NCBI GenBank assembly: GCA_029856145.1
Contig: JAHQWK010000016.1
Coordinates: forward strand, 91,264 to 155,263
Length of the DNA stretch: 64,000 bases
DNA from: Promethearchaeia archaeon
Lineage (GTDB): Archaea > Asgardarchaeota > Lokiarchaeia > Sigyniarchaeales > SOKP01
Reading direction: 5' to 3'
Below the pieces are notes generated by a model. It was not told where the DNA came from. It did not search any database and was given only the letters and a program-made list of their open reading frames with translations. Shown here in pieces: positions 31,388-41,498 of this stretch (its first letter is position 1; each line of letters opens with the position of its first letter). A program made the position numbers and the translations under genes.

Positions 31388-32068
31388 ATGGCATTAAATA
31401 AAGAAGATCAAGTTCGGATTGAAGTTGTAAGGGGAGCAAAAGCAATTTTCTCAAAGGGGTTAGTGGAAGCTGGAGAAGGTAATGTTAGCGTGAGAAATGG
31501 TAAGAAAGAGGAATTTTTTATCACGCCTTCATTCAATCAATATGATACCCTTAAAAAAGACGAAATTGTTCATATAAATTTTGATGGAACTCCTTTAAGT
31601 GCTGGAAAATTACCTTCAACCGAAGCAAAAATGCATATTGCTATTTATAAATCAAGACCAAAAGTGCAAGCAATAATTCACACACACTCGCCTTTTGCAA
31701 CAATGCTATCAATCGTAGGGAAAGGCATTCCAATTATAATGGAAGAGATGCATGCATTTTTGGGCGGATCAGTTGATGTATCCGAATTTGGAAAAGCGCA
31801 AACTGGAGAAATTGGAGAAGTAGCTCTTAAGGCTTTAGGTATAAAGAATGCTGCTTTATTAGCTAATCATGGTGTTATAGTTTGTGGAAAATCATTAGAT
31901 CATGCTGTTAAATTCGCTGAACTAGTAGAAAAACTTGCAAAAATGTATTGGGGTGCTTTACAAATTGGAAAACCAAATATAATATCTGAAGAACATCTTG
32001 AGCGATTTCAAAAAATTTTTAATAGCCTCTTTGCAAACTACCCTCGAAGTATGCGGACAAAGAAATGA
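31388..32068 (+). CDS. Class II aldolase/adducin family protein (FucA-like)
   Basis: GNVS, PSTE..MH, HTHS, LLANHG. Confidence 0.9.
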   Translation: MALNKEDQVRIEVVRGAKAIFSKGLVEAGEGNVSVRNGKKEEFFITPSFNQYDTLKKDEIVHINFDGTPLSAGKLPSTEAKMHIAIYKSRPKVQAIIHTHSPFATMLSIVGKGIPIIMEEMHAFLGGSVDVSEFGKAQTGEIGEVALKALGIKNAALLANHGVIVCGKSLDHAVKFAELVEKLAKMYWGALQIGKPNIISEEHLERFQKIFNSLFANYPRSMRTKK

Positions 32069-32086
32069 ACAATTAATAATGATGAT

Positions 32087-32926
32087 GTGAAATTTATGGA
32101 ATTGGGTATTAGTAGCTTGGGACATATTATTGATATTGCTCGTATTAGCAAATTTAAAAACCTAATAGAGTTACAACTTAACGCAACAGAGCAATGTCTC
32201 AATTTCGCCGAAAAAAATAGAATTGAAATTGTAGAATTAGTGATCGATCCACCTCAAGCATTTAATAATGAATACAAACAAAAATTCATTAATCTAGTAA
32301 ATTCTTATTCAATAAAAAAACAAGTTCATGGTCCCTATATTGATTTAAACCTTTGTTCTCATAATACACGCATATCTAAGGCATCAATAGAATCATACAT
32401 TGATGCAATCAAAATTTGCTATCAAATTGATGCTAAAATTATGACAATCCATCCAGGATTAGCTAACTTTATGTTAAGTTCAATTAGAGAATTGAATAAA
32501 GAACAATTAAAAATGGCTATTCATAAATTGTTGGATTTTACGAATAACCAGAAATTATTAATTTGTTTAGAAAATATGCCTCAAAATGCCTATATTATGA
32601 CTGATAATTTAAATATTGATGAAGTATATAGCACTATTGGTCGAGAAGATCTCTTTTTAACTTTTGATACCAGTCATTTTTATACATGTGATGGAAATGT
32701 GAAAAATTTATGGGTAAAATTTCATCATATTATAAAAAATGTTCATATAGTGGATAATTTCTGTAAAATTTCTGATACACATCCTCCTATTGGCTCAGGA
32801 AAGATAGATTTTAAAGAAATTTTTGAGGTACTTAAAAGTTATAGTTATAAAGGACCAATAATTATTGAATTATCTTCTACGAATTCATTAAATCAAAGTA
32901 TTAATTTTATAAAGAAATTCTTATAA
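32087..32926 (+). CDS. Sugar phosphate isomerase/epimerase (AP endonuclease 2 TIM barrel)
   Basis: VHGP, IHPG, LENMP, FDTSH, VHIVD, H.PIGSG.IDF, IIE. Confidence 0.85.
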   Translation: MKFMELGISSLGHIIDIARISKFKNLIELQLNATEQCLNFAEKNRIEIVELVIDPPQAFNNEYKQKFINLVNSYSIKKQVHGPYIDLNLCSHNTRISKASIESYIDAIKICYQIDAKIMTIHPGLANFMLSSIRELNKEQLKMAIHKLLDFTNNQKLLICLENMPQNAYIMTDNLNIDEVYSTIGREDLFLTFDTSHFYTCDGNVKNLWVKFHHIIKNVHIVDNFCKISDTHPPIGSGKIDFKEIFEVLKSYSYKGPIIIELSSTNSLNQSINFIKKFL

Positions 32927-32970
32927 TATATTCTTAATATTTAATAGAAATCATAGTTTGATGAGTAAAA

Positions 32971-33369
32971 ATGCCCCCAATAATTTCTCTCCAAGTTAGT
33001 AACGATCTATTAGAAAGATTCGAAAAAGTTAGAAAACTGAGTGGTTTTACGTCTAAAAGTGAAGCTTTAAGGGATTCAATATTTAGTTTTATCGAAAAAA
33101 ATGAAAAGTATGAAAATTTGGAAAATGACATTTTGATAATGACAGTGAGTTTAGTGTATCCCTTCAAAGAGTTAATAATTGATCAAATAACTGAATTATA
33201 TTCACGATTCCATCAAATTATAAAAACTATAACAGATTGGCGTATAGCAGAAAAAAAAATTGAATTACTCCTATTAATAGGAGAATTTTATACTATTAAA
33301 GATCTTTATAAAGAATTAGCTAAGATAAAAGATGTAATTTGTTCAATCCGTGAAATAATTATTGATTAA
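32971..33369 (+). CDS. NikR-like ribbon-helix-helix regulator
   Basis: N-terminal ISLQVSNDLLERFE...GFTSKSEALRD RHH plus ACT-like C-domain. Confidence 0.8.
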   Translation: MPPIISLQVSNDLLERFEKVRKLSGFTSKSEALRDSIFSFIEKNEKYENLENDILIMTVSLVYPFKELIIDQITELYSRFHQIIKTITDWRIAEKKIELLLLIGEFYTIKDLYKELAKIKDVICSIREIIID

Positions 33370-33378
33370 AAGATAAGA

Positions 33379-34242
33379 CTAATCAAATCGTAGTGAAAAA
33401 TCCACTTGTTTAGAAGGAAATTGAGTAATTAAACTCAAGCTTATAACATCAGGTTCTGATAATAAATAATCTATAATATTATCTTGAGTTATTCCACCAG
33501 AAACCTCCACTATAATTTTATCCCTAAGATTATTTTCTTTCAATGAATTAATAGCATCTTCAACTTGATCTGGTCCCATATTATCTAACATCACAATATC
33601 TGCTCCATTCTTAGCAGCAGTTAAAATATCTTCCACTTTTTCGATTTCTATCTCAATTTTTTTTGAAAAACTATTCCTTTTTTTTATATCACTTAATAAC
33701 TTTTCAATCTCTCCATTATAATATTTTAAATGAGTATCCTTCAAGAGAACCATATCATCGAGCGAAAATCTATGAGTATCCGCGTATCCTAATTCAGCAG
33801 CTTTCTTCTCAAATATTCGAATTCCTGGTGTCGTTTTACGAGTGCAAGCAATTTTAACATTTTTACCAGAATCTTTAATAATTTTAAAATATTTTCTGGC
33901 GGTTGTTGTTATAGCACTCATATGAGTAATTAGATTTAATCCTGTTCTTTCTCCCAATAGAATGTCTCTTGTATTTCCTCTTAATTCTACAATGACATCT
34001 CCATTGTTAACTTCTTCTCCATCTTTTTTTTTAAATATTGTAGAGACATTCAAAATATTATATAATATTTTTAATTCTTCTAATCCTGAAACATATCCTA
34101 CGCTTTTAGTGAAGATTTTTGCTGAAGATTTTGCATTCTCAGGTATTATTTTAGAACTCACATCAATAAACATACAATCTTCTTGCAAAAACTCTCTAAT
34201 TTTCTGTTCAATGACAATCTTATTGTAGCTCATATTTCGCAC
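33379..34242 (-). CDS. nadC: Nicotinate-nucleotide pyrophosphorylase (quinolinate phosphoribosyltransferase)
   Basis: ER..LN, TRKTTPG, HRFSLDD, KDTH, MLDNM, SGGI. Confidence 0.95.
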   Translation of the reverse strand: MRNMSYNKIVIEQKIREFLQEDCMFIDVSSKIIPENAKSSAKIFTKSVGYVSGLEELKILYNILNVSTIFKKKDGEEVNNGDVIVELRGNTRDILLGERTGLNLITHMSAITTTARKYFKIIKDSGKNVKIACTRKTTPGIRIFEKKAAELGYADTHRFSLDDMVLLKDTHLKYYNGEIEKLLSDIKKRNSFSKKIEIEIEKVEDILTAAKNGADIVMLDNMGPDQVEDAINSLKENNLRDKIIVEVSGGITQDNIIDYLLSEPDVISLSLITQFPSKQVDFSLRFD

Positions 34243-34288
34243 AAACTTGTATAGTATTATTATTATAGTTTAAAAATTAATTAAAATT

Positions 34289-34927
34289 ATGGTAGAAAAA
34301 GAAAAATTATTCGTTAAAAATAATGAGATAAATCTTGAAGCGGAATACTTTCTATCAAAAAGTAATATTAAAAATCCAGTAGTTTTAATTTGTCATCCTC
34401 ATCCGCAATATGGTGGGAATATGTATAACAATGTTGTGTCTGGAGTGTTTAATAAACTAATTGAAAATGACATTTCTTGTTTAAGGTTTAATTTTAGAGG
34501 TGTTGGAAGATCAAGTGGAACTCATTCGAATGGAACTGGAGAATTAAATGACGTGCAAACATGTATCGATTTTTTAGCAAAAAAGAAGAATTTTGAGAGA
34601 ATTATTATTTGTGGTTATTCCTATGGTGCTGCAATAGGGTGTTCGGCAATAAATTACTCAAATAAAATTGTCAGCTACATATCCATATCTTTTCCTTGGG
34701 ATTTTATGGGGGTAAAATATAAAAATTTATCTCAATCTAACAAACCAAAATTATTCATTCAAGGCAATCAAGACACAATTGCTCATTATGATAAATTTGA
34801 AGAAAACTTTAATTACTACTCAGAACCCAAAGTGAGTAGAATTATAGATGGTGCAGATCACTTCTATTGGGGTTATGAAGAACGAATAAGCAATGAAGTT
34901 ATAGATTTTTATAAATCTATAGTTTAA
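34289..34927 (+). CDS. Alpha/beta hydrolase
   Basis: HPHPQYGG, RFNFRGVG, GYSYG nucleophile elbow, D and GADH. Confidence 0.9.
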   Translation: MVEKEKLFVKNNEINLEAEYFLSKSNIKNPVVLICHPHPQYGGNMYNNVVSGVFNKLIENDISCLRFNFRGVGRSSGTHSNGTGELNDVQTCIDFLAKKKNFERIIICGYSYGAAIGCSAINYSNKIVSYISISFPWDFMGVKYKNLSQSNKPKLFIQGNQDTIAHYDKFEENFNYYSEPKVSRIIDGADHFYWGYEERISNEVIDFYKSIV

Positions 34928-35017
34928 CTGGTATATTATGTCGTAACTCTTCTTTTACTTAATAAATTTTAGGCATACTTTACTTCATGAAAAAGTGTAA
35001 AAATAAAAGAATAAGGA

Positions 35018-35416
35018 TTATAAACTTGAAAGCTTTTCTAAATCCGCCTGTGAATTGTCAACTGCCCAATTAAGGAGTTGGTCAAAGTATCGTTCCACAT
35101 CTTCACTTTCAGGAGCTTTTGATAAAATTGCTAATAGGAATTGATTCTTATTATCAGGCATAATTATATTCCTCATCATAATGAAATCTTCTTTATACAT
35201 AAGTTTCATACTTTGGATTTCAGAAAGGCCTAATTCTTCTGCAGCTTTGTAAGCTGAATCACTCAATAAGGATCCCATAGCGGCTACTACGCGTTCATCT
35301 ATATCTTCTTCTTTTTGAGAAGCGAGCACGAGACCCGTTGAAGTTGCAAAAAGCGATGCTCGAAAATTCCCATTTTCATTAAGTTCTTTAAGTACTAATT
35401 CAAGTCTACTTACCAA
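35018..35416 (-). CDS. Roadblock/LC7 domain protein
   Basis: Helix-beta-beta(TGLVLAS)-helix(VAAMGSLL)-beta-beta-beta-helix pattern. Confidence 0.8.
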   Translation of the reverse strand: MVSRLELVLKELNENGNFRASLFATSTGLVLASQKEEDIDERVVAAMGSLLSDSAYKAAEELGLSEIQSMKLMYKEDFIMMRNIIMPDNKNQFLLAILSKAPESEDVERYFDQLLNWAVDNSQADLEKLSSL

Positions 35417-35683
35417 ATCTACACACTCTCAATATAGATATTTTAAATATTATCTTAAATAAAGGTTTTATATTTTTTATATAAATATTATTTTATTCTA
35501 ATAAGCTTACATAAAATTTCCTTGTATAAATAATATGAGTTCTTTAATATTTAAAATTATTCAGTGTGGATTTTATATTACTTATTAAATTTGTCTATTG
35601 AAGTAAAATGATATTCTCTTCATTTATACTTGGAGTAATATATGAAAATTGTATTTTAATGTAATAGTAAGTCAAAAGAATAC

Positions 35684-36202
35684 TTAGATTTTAAGATTAA
35701 TAATAAATGTTGATAAAATATCATTTTCATCAATGTTTAATGTTATTACAGTTGGTCTTGCTATTGGCTTCATAAATCCAGGTCGTTCCTGAGGAGCTTT
35801 TGGTTGAGTAGGAGATCCTGGATTTAAAAGAAGTAAATTATAACCAGTTCCTTTAATAAGAGGTTGATGTGTATGTCCAAAAATAAGAATGCGTAAATCG
35901 TGTTTTTTGGCAAATTCCTCAACGTTATCTGGTAATAAATGAATCACTCCAATATTATATCGCCCTATAGAAAATTTGGTAAAAATTTCTAAATTATTAA
36001 TATTGTCAAGATTTCCTTTTACACATCTCGTTGGTGCGATCTTTTTCATCTCATCTAAAAAGAATTTTTCACATACATCTCCAACATGAACAATCTCATC
36101 GACATCCTTAAACGCTTGTTTAAGTTGGTTTACTAAACTAGAGACTTTATCTTTTCCATAATCATTTGTAATATGTGTATCGGAGATTATCCCCAACTTC
36201 AT
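35684..36202 (-). CDS. YfcE/Vps29-family metallophosphoesterase
   Basis: SDTH, HVGD, KGNLD, GHTH, NPGS. Confidence 0.9.
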   Translation of the reverse strand: MKLGIISDTHITNDYGKDKVSSLVNQLKQAFKDVDEIVHVGDVCEKFFLDEMKKIAPTRCVKGNLDNINNLEIFTKFSIGRYNIGVIHLLPDNVEEFAKKHDLRILIFGHTHQPLIKGTGYNLLLLNPGSPTQPKAPQERPGFMKPIARPTVITLNIDENDILSTFIINLKI

Positions 36203-36217
36203 TGATTCAACACTCCT

Positions 36218-37291
36218 CTATATCATAATCATAAATCCCATTATAAAAATTAACAATCCCATGAGAATATCAAAAAAAACACGAAAAATTGTATCTCCTT
36301 TTGTCCCTTCAATTGTATTATCACGTTTAAAATAATTTTTAAGCATATTTAATCCAATTGAAAGCCCTTCTTTTATTTGAGAGTAATACCATACAAACAA
36401 TATACATCCAATAATAAGCAAAGGATAGTATTGAAAAAGACCTACTATTGTAAAATTATTACCTTGAAACATACTCCAAATAGCATGAGCGGAGAAAATA
36501 TTGTTTAGGGCATGAGCAATTATCGCAGGAATTAACCATTTTCTTCTTATTACCAATAAAGAAAGAATAATTCCAATAAAGAATGCTTGTATAAACCAAA
36601 CGATTGGATACCAGAAGGGATATAGGATACTCACTGGATCTAGGAAATAAGCAAAATGACCCAATCCAAAAGAAAGAGCTGATATTATTACTGCTGAGTA
36701 TTTAAAAAAATATGCACTTCCTCTTTTTGTAATTACACCCCTAAAGATAGTTTCCTCAGAGATTGCTACTGAAAACTGAATTACTATTACAGAGATAAGA
36801 AATAGAAAATAATTATCTTCTAGTAGATATAAATCTGTTGTCATGGAAGAAATGGCATATCCTTGATACTCAAGCATCCCTGGCACTAATAAGTATGTAA
36901 AAAAATCAATAGGCAAGAAGACAAGGAAAAAAATCAATATACCATATAAGATTTGATATTTATAGTTCTTTTTAGTCATCTTATATAATTTTAAATGTCC
37001 AATTGCAGCTGAAACATCTTCTTCTATAATTAAGTCTCTTTTTTGAGGTTCAAAAACTAAATTAAAAATAAATAATACAAAAGGTACTCCTATTAATATT
37101 AATATTGCTCTAAATGAATAGAATAATGTACCATAAAAAATAGATGTTTCACCAATAAATAGAGGAATTAAAAAGAATGGGACCATTAATAACCCAAATA
37201 TAATAATAAATACCCAAACTAATTCATATATAAAAAAACGAAATCTCTTAAGAGCAATCTGCTTCTTTCTATTTTGGCCTAATCGTTTCAT
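36218..37291 (-). CDS. CPBP (CAAX/Abi) intramembrane glutamic protease
   Basis: EETIFRG, FGLGH, HALNN within a multi-TM protein. Confidence 0.88.
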   Translation of the reverse strand: MKRLGQNRKKQIALKRFRFFIYELVWVFIIIFGLLMVPFFLIPLFIGETSIFYGTLFYSFRAILILIGVPFVLFIFNLVFEPQKRDLIIEEDVSAAIGHLKLYKMTKKNYKYQILYGILIFFLVFLPIDFFTYLLVPGMLEYQGYAISSMTTDLYLLEDNYFLFLISVIVIQFSVAISEETIFRGVITKRGSAYFFKYSAVIISALSFGLGHFAYFLDPVSILYPFWYPIVWFIQAFFIGIILSLLVIRRKWLIPAIIAHALNNIFSAHAIWSMFQGNNFTIVGLFQYYPLLIIGCILFVWYYSQIKEGLSIGLNMLKNYFKRDNTIEGTKGDTIFRVFFDILMGLLIFIMGFMIMI

Positions 37292-37354
37292 TGAATATCA
37301 CATATCTGAATTGAATAAAAAATTATTGAATCAAAAAATTATATATTTTATTAT

Positions 37355-38323
37355 TTAATCATTAAAAGATTTTTGTTCTAGTTCATCCGTAGTTAGAATA
37401 CCATTTCTCGCTCCTAATTTTTGGATACAATTTCCAGCTATAATATTGCCAAAAATTACATTTGATTTGAGTTCTTTAAACTTAAAACTAAGATTTCTAA
37501 TAAAACCATATATAAATCCAGCAGAAAAAGCATCTCCTGCTCCTGTTGTATCAACAACTTCAGCTACTTCAATTGGTTTAACTAATTCAGATTTTTCTGA
37601 ATTTAACACCATAGCTCCTTCTTTTCCCATTGTAATTATAATTATTTTAATCCCTAATTTAAAAATATTTTTTGTTTTTTCTTCAATTACTTGTTTACTT
37701 AATTCAACATCGCCTAAATGAAGGAGTAATCGAAATTCCCTTTTTGAAAGTATTAAGATATCGATATTAACTAAAAAATCTTTGATATTGTTGAAACCGT
37801 GGGCAATTATTAACATTCCCGGATTTAATATAACCGGAATATTATTTTTTTTTGCCACTTCAGCCGCTCTCTTAAAAGGCTCTAAGTTTTTTAAGCTACT
37901 TAAGAATATTGTCTTTGCTCTTATAATATCTTCAGATTTAATGTCATTAGGTGTAAGAGTATTTGCTGCTCCACTATAAGCGTAAATTCTTCGTTCTCCA
38001 TTTGGCTTTAATGCCACATATGCCAATCCTGTACCATGGTCTTTTGAATATCTAATTAAAGATGTATCGAGTGACACTTCTTTAAATTCATTAATAATTT
38101 TATCTTTAAATTGGTCTTTATACCCTAATTTTCCAATAAATGCTACTTTTAATCCTAATTTTGCGCACGCATAAGCAGTATTTGCAGCAGCTCCTCCAGA
38201 AAATAAATGTAACTCTGGCACAAACACTTCATCATCGTCTAAAGGCTCTCGATCGACTTTAGCAACCATATCAACAAGAGCAGCTCCAATACAAATTACA
38301 TCAAAAAATTTTGCCATGGGCAT
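37355..38323 (-). CDS. PfkB-family carbohydrate/nucleoside kinase
   Basis: GGAAANTA, DTTGAGDAF. Confidence 0.92.
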   Translation of the reverse strand: MPMAKFFDVICIGAALVDMVAKVDREPLDDDEVFVPELHLFSGGAAANTAYACAKLGLKVAFIGKLGYKDQFKDKIINEFKEVSLDTSLIRYSKDHGTGLAYVALKPNGERRIYAYSGAANTLTPNDIKSEDIIRAKTIFLSSLKNLEPFKRAAEVAKKNNIPVILNPGMLIIAHGFNNIKDFLVNIDILILSKREFRLLLHLGDVELSKQVIEEKTKNIFKLGIKIIIITMGKEGAMVLNSEKSELVKPIEVAEVVDTTGAGDAFSAGFIYGFIRNLSFKFKELKSNVIFGNIIAGNCIQKLGARNGILTTDELEQKSFND

Positions 38324-38329
38324 ACTATC

Positions 38330-39511
38330 CTAATCATAAATGAAAGATCCAAATTCAGAATTTATTTCTAATGAATTCTTTTCTTTTAAAGGAGATTTCT
38401 CACAGTATCCAATTATCTTGGAATCAATTTCATATTTTTTTACGATTTTCATTATATCTGAAGCTATAGATTCATTACATAAGATTTCCATTCTGTGTCC
38501 CATATTAAAAACACTAAACATCTCTTTCCATTGAGTTTCAGATGATCTTTGAATTAATTCAAATATTTTTGGAATTCGGAATAGGTTATTTTTAACATAA
38601 TTTATCCCCTTTCCAAATTTTATAATTTTTGTTTGACCTCCACCTGTATTATGTATGATTCCGTCAATATCATTTCTATATTTTTCAACAACGTCTTTTA
38701 TAATTGGAGCATAAGTTCTTGTTGGGGATAATAAAGCTCTTCCTATAGTTAAATTAAGTTCATTAATTTTATCTGTTAATTTGTATTTACCAAAGAAAAC
38801 AAATTTCTCATCAAGATTTTGATCATAACATTCTGGATATTTTTTGTAATATTCGTGTGAAAGTAGGCCATGCCTAGCTAAAGTTAACCCATTACTTCCA
38901 ATTCCACTGTTATATTCATCTTCAAAAGATGCTTTACCATAACTAGCCAAACCAATTATAACATCATCAGTTTTGATATTACTTGCATCAATCACATCTT
39001 TTTTTTTTATAGAAGTGAAAGCAGAAGCATCAACTACAAGAGTTTTCACGATATCTCCAATATCAGCAGTTTCCCCCCCACACATCTTTACATGTAAGCC
39101 TAGAGAAGTTAACTTTTCACTATAATCATAATATTCTTTAATTATCGTTCCTACAACATCTCCCTTTACATATTGACGATTTCTTCCTAAATTATTTGAA
39201 AAGAAAATATTCCCTGTTGCCCCCACACATAAAATATCATCGAGATTCATTACCATAGCATCCCTAACTATGCCTTTAAAAACTGAAATATCCCCCGTTT
39301 CTTTATAATACATATATGCTAAGCTAGCTTTTGTACCAGCTCCGTCAGCATGAAAAATAGAACAGTAATCTTTTCTATCATCAATATCTTCTATAATTTT
39401 ACAAAAAGCTCCCGGAAATAAACCTTTATCAATTGAATTTAGAGCTTTGTGAACATCTTCCTTCTTTGATGAAACACCTAAAGTGCTATATAAATTGTTA
39501 TTTCCTGTCAT
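38330..39511 (-). CDS. purM: Phosphoribosylformylglycinamidine cyclo-ligase (AIR synthase)
   Basis: DGAGTK, GGETA, SNGLT, HNTGGG, VFNMGH; adjacent to purB. Confidence 0.9.
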   Translation of the reverse strand: MTGNNNLYSTLGVSSKKEDVHKALNSIDKGLFPGAFCKIIEDIDDRKDYCSIFHADGAGTKASLAYMYYKETGDISVFKGIVRDAMVMNLDDILCVGATGNIFFSNNLGRNRQYVKGDVVGTIIKEYYDYSEKLTSLGLHVKMCGGETADIGDIVKTLVVDASAFTSIKKKDVIDASNIKTDDVIIGLASYGKASFEDEYNSGIGSNGLTLARHGLLSHEYYKKYPECYDQNLDEKFVFFGKYKLTDKINELNLTIGRALLSPTRTYAPIIKDVVEKYRNDIDGIIHNTGGGQTKIIKFGKGINYVKNNLFRIPKIFELIQRSSETQWKEMFSVFNMGHRMEILCNESIASDIMKIVKKYEIDSKIIGYCEKSPLKEKNSLEINSEFGSFIYD

Positions 39512-39523
39512 CTAAACCAAGGA

Positions 39524-40882
39524 TTAAAAATTATATTTCGCTTTTAGAACTTTTATCAAATTATCTACTTGTTCAACAGCATTACCAATATATTTATGTG
39601 GATCAAAAATATCATTTAATTCTTCTTTTGAGAATTTTTCCTTAATTTCTTTATTTCCAATTAAGATATCACTCATATCTATGTTTTCTTTCCGAGCTTT
39701 AATTGATGCTTGTCTTAAGATTTCATGGCCTTCCTGCCTTCCTATTCCTCTATTTACTAATTGAACCATAACTTTTTCAGTAAGGCAGGCACCTCTAGTA
39801 AGATTAAGATTTTCTTCAATTTTCATTTCGTCAAATTCTAATCCTTTTAAATTTTGGGTTATTTGCTTTATCATATAATCTAGTAATATGAAATTTTCAG
39901 CAAATATTACTCTTTCAGATGCAGAATTTGTAATATCTCTTTCATCCTCCAGGATTATGTTATCCAAAGCAACTAAAACGTTAGATTTTAAAATTCTAGC
40001 TAAACTACAAATCCGTTCTGATTTATGAGGATTTCTTTTATGAGGCATTGTCGAGCTTCCGACTTGTTTTTTCTTAAAAGGCTCAAAGATTTCTGCAATT
40101 TCATTTCTTTGTAAAACTCGGTTTTCTCTAGCTATTTTTGCTAATGTCTGACCAATTAACGTGGTTAAAAAAATAATTTCGGCATGTCGATCTCTCTGAA
40201 TTACTTGATTTGCAATAAGAACAGGACTTAAATCAAGTTTCTTCATTACTTCATTTTGTATTTCTATTCCTTTTTCACCAAAACTTGCCATTGTTCCGAC
40301 AGCACCAGACATTTTACCAAAAGATATTCTATTTTTAATTTCAGAGATTCTTTCTAAATGTCTATTTACTTCATATGCCCATACGCCAAATCTCATCCCA
40401 TAAGTAGTAGGTATTGCATGCTGACCATGAGTCCTTCCTATACAAATTAGGTTTTTTTTTTCTTCTGTGAGAGCTATTAAAATATTTAATAAATCTAATA
40501 GAGAATTATAAAGGTAATTTAGAGCTTCTTTTAATTGTAGAGCAGTAGCAGTATCTTCAATATCGTAACTTGTAGCTCCAAAGTGAACATATTTACCTGC
40601 GTTATTTTCACATTGTTCTGCCAGACTCTTAACCATCGCCATTAAATCATGATGAATTTCTTTATCTATTTCTTTTACTCTTTCTAATTTTACATAATCT
40701 AAATTTGCTTTTCTAGTAATTTCATCTGCCGCTTCTTGTGGAATATTTCCTAATTCTGCATGAACCTGTGCTAATGCTGCTTCAACCTTCAACCAATTTT
40801 CTAATTTACTTTCTTCAGTAAAAAAGTTTGCCATCTCAGTTCGATAACGTGTTTCTATTGGATGAATAAATTTATGATCCAT
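39524..40882 (-). CDS. purB: Adenylosuccinate lyase
   Basis: HFGATSYD, GRTHGQHA, GSSTMPHKRNP. Confidence 0.96.
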   Translation of the reverse strand: MDHKFIHPIETRYRTEMANFFTEESKLENWLKVEAALAQVHAELGNIPQEAADEITRKANLDYVKLERVKEIDKEIHHDLMAMVKSLAEQCENNAGKYVHFGATSYDIEDTATALQLKEALNYLYNSLLDLLNILIALTEEKKNLICIGRTHGQHAIPTTYGMRFGVWAYEVNRHLERISEIKNRISFGKMSGAVGTMASFGEKGIEIQNEVMKKLDLSPVLIANQVIQRDRHAEIIFLTTLIGQTLAKIARENRVLQRNEIAEIFEPFKKKQVGSSTMPHKRNPHKSERICSLARILKSNVLVALDNIILEDERDITNSASERVIFAENFILLDYMIKQITQNLKGLEFDEMKIEENLNLTRGACLTEKVMVQLVNRGIGRQEGHEILRQASIKARKENIDMSDILIGNKEIKEKFSKEELNDIFDPHKYIGNAVEQVDNLIKVLKAKYNF

Positions 40883-41194
40883 ATTTCCTTCTTATTTTTA
40901 TTTAATCTTAATTAAAATAATGAAACATTAAGAAATATATCTTATTTTATTAGAGATAAAATAATTTAATCAAATTCACTAAGACTATACAAATTGAAAA
41001 ATCAAAATGTATAAAGAAATTGCTCTAAATTAAAATTCAGAGCTAAAAGAAATGATTTTTTTCAAATCTCATTACTTTTAGCTTATATTTAACTTAATAG
41101 TTTGTTTAATGGAGTACTTATATTATAAAAGAGAAATTAAAAAATCTTTTGGCGGTTTGAAGTTAAAATATATTTTTTTTTAACAGTTATCTAT

Positions 41195-41392
41195 ATGATA
41201 AATGGACAGAAATACTTTTTTTTCAGATGTGTAAATTGCGGAGAATGGTATTATACAAACAGAATTATTAAATCAAAAAAGTGCTGGAAATGTAACCGCT
41301 CCTTTTTATTCAAAAATTCAACGAAATTTTCACAAATTTGCTCAATTAAAGGTGCAATCTCAATTGTTAAGAGGTTAAAGAGTAGAAATTAA
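41195..41392 (+). CDS. Small zinc-ribbon protein (DUF1922-like)
   Basis: FRCVNCG...KKCWKC. Confidence 0.6.
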   Translation: MINGQKYFFFRCVNCGEWYYTNRIIKSKKCWKCNRSFLFKNSTKFSQICSIKGAISIVKRLKSRN

Positions 41393-41498
41393 TAAAAAAG
41401 AAAGATATTTAAGCTATTCTTCTCTTTTTTGGTTATAAACTGACAATCACTACCATATCATTCATACATTGAAGAAGTAATACCCTCAAACAAGAAAG

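Noticed and set aside
36218-37291. CPBP/Abi protease as an abortive-infection gene
   Set aside because: The Abi name is historical; this family is a widespread membrane protease, and the gene sits in a housekeeping run with purB, purM and pfkB
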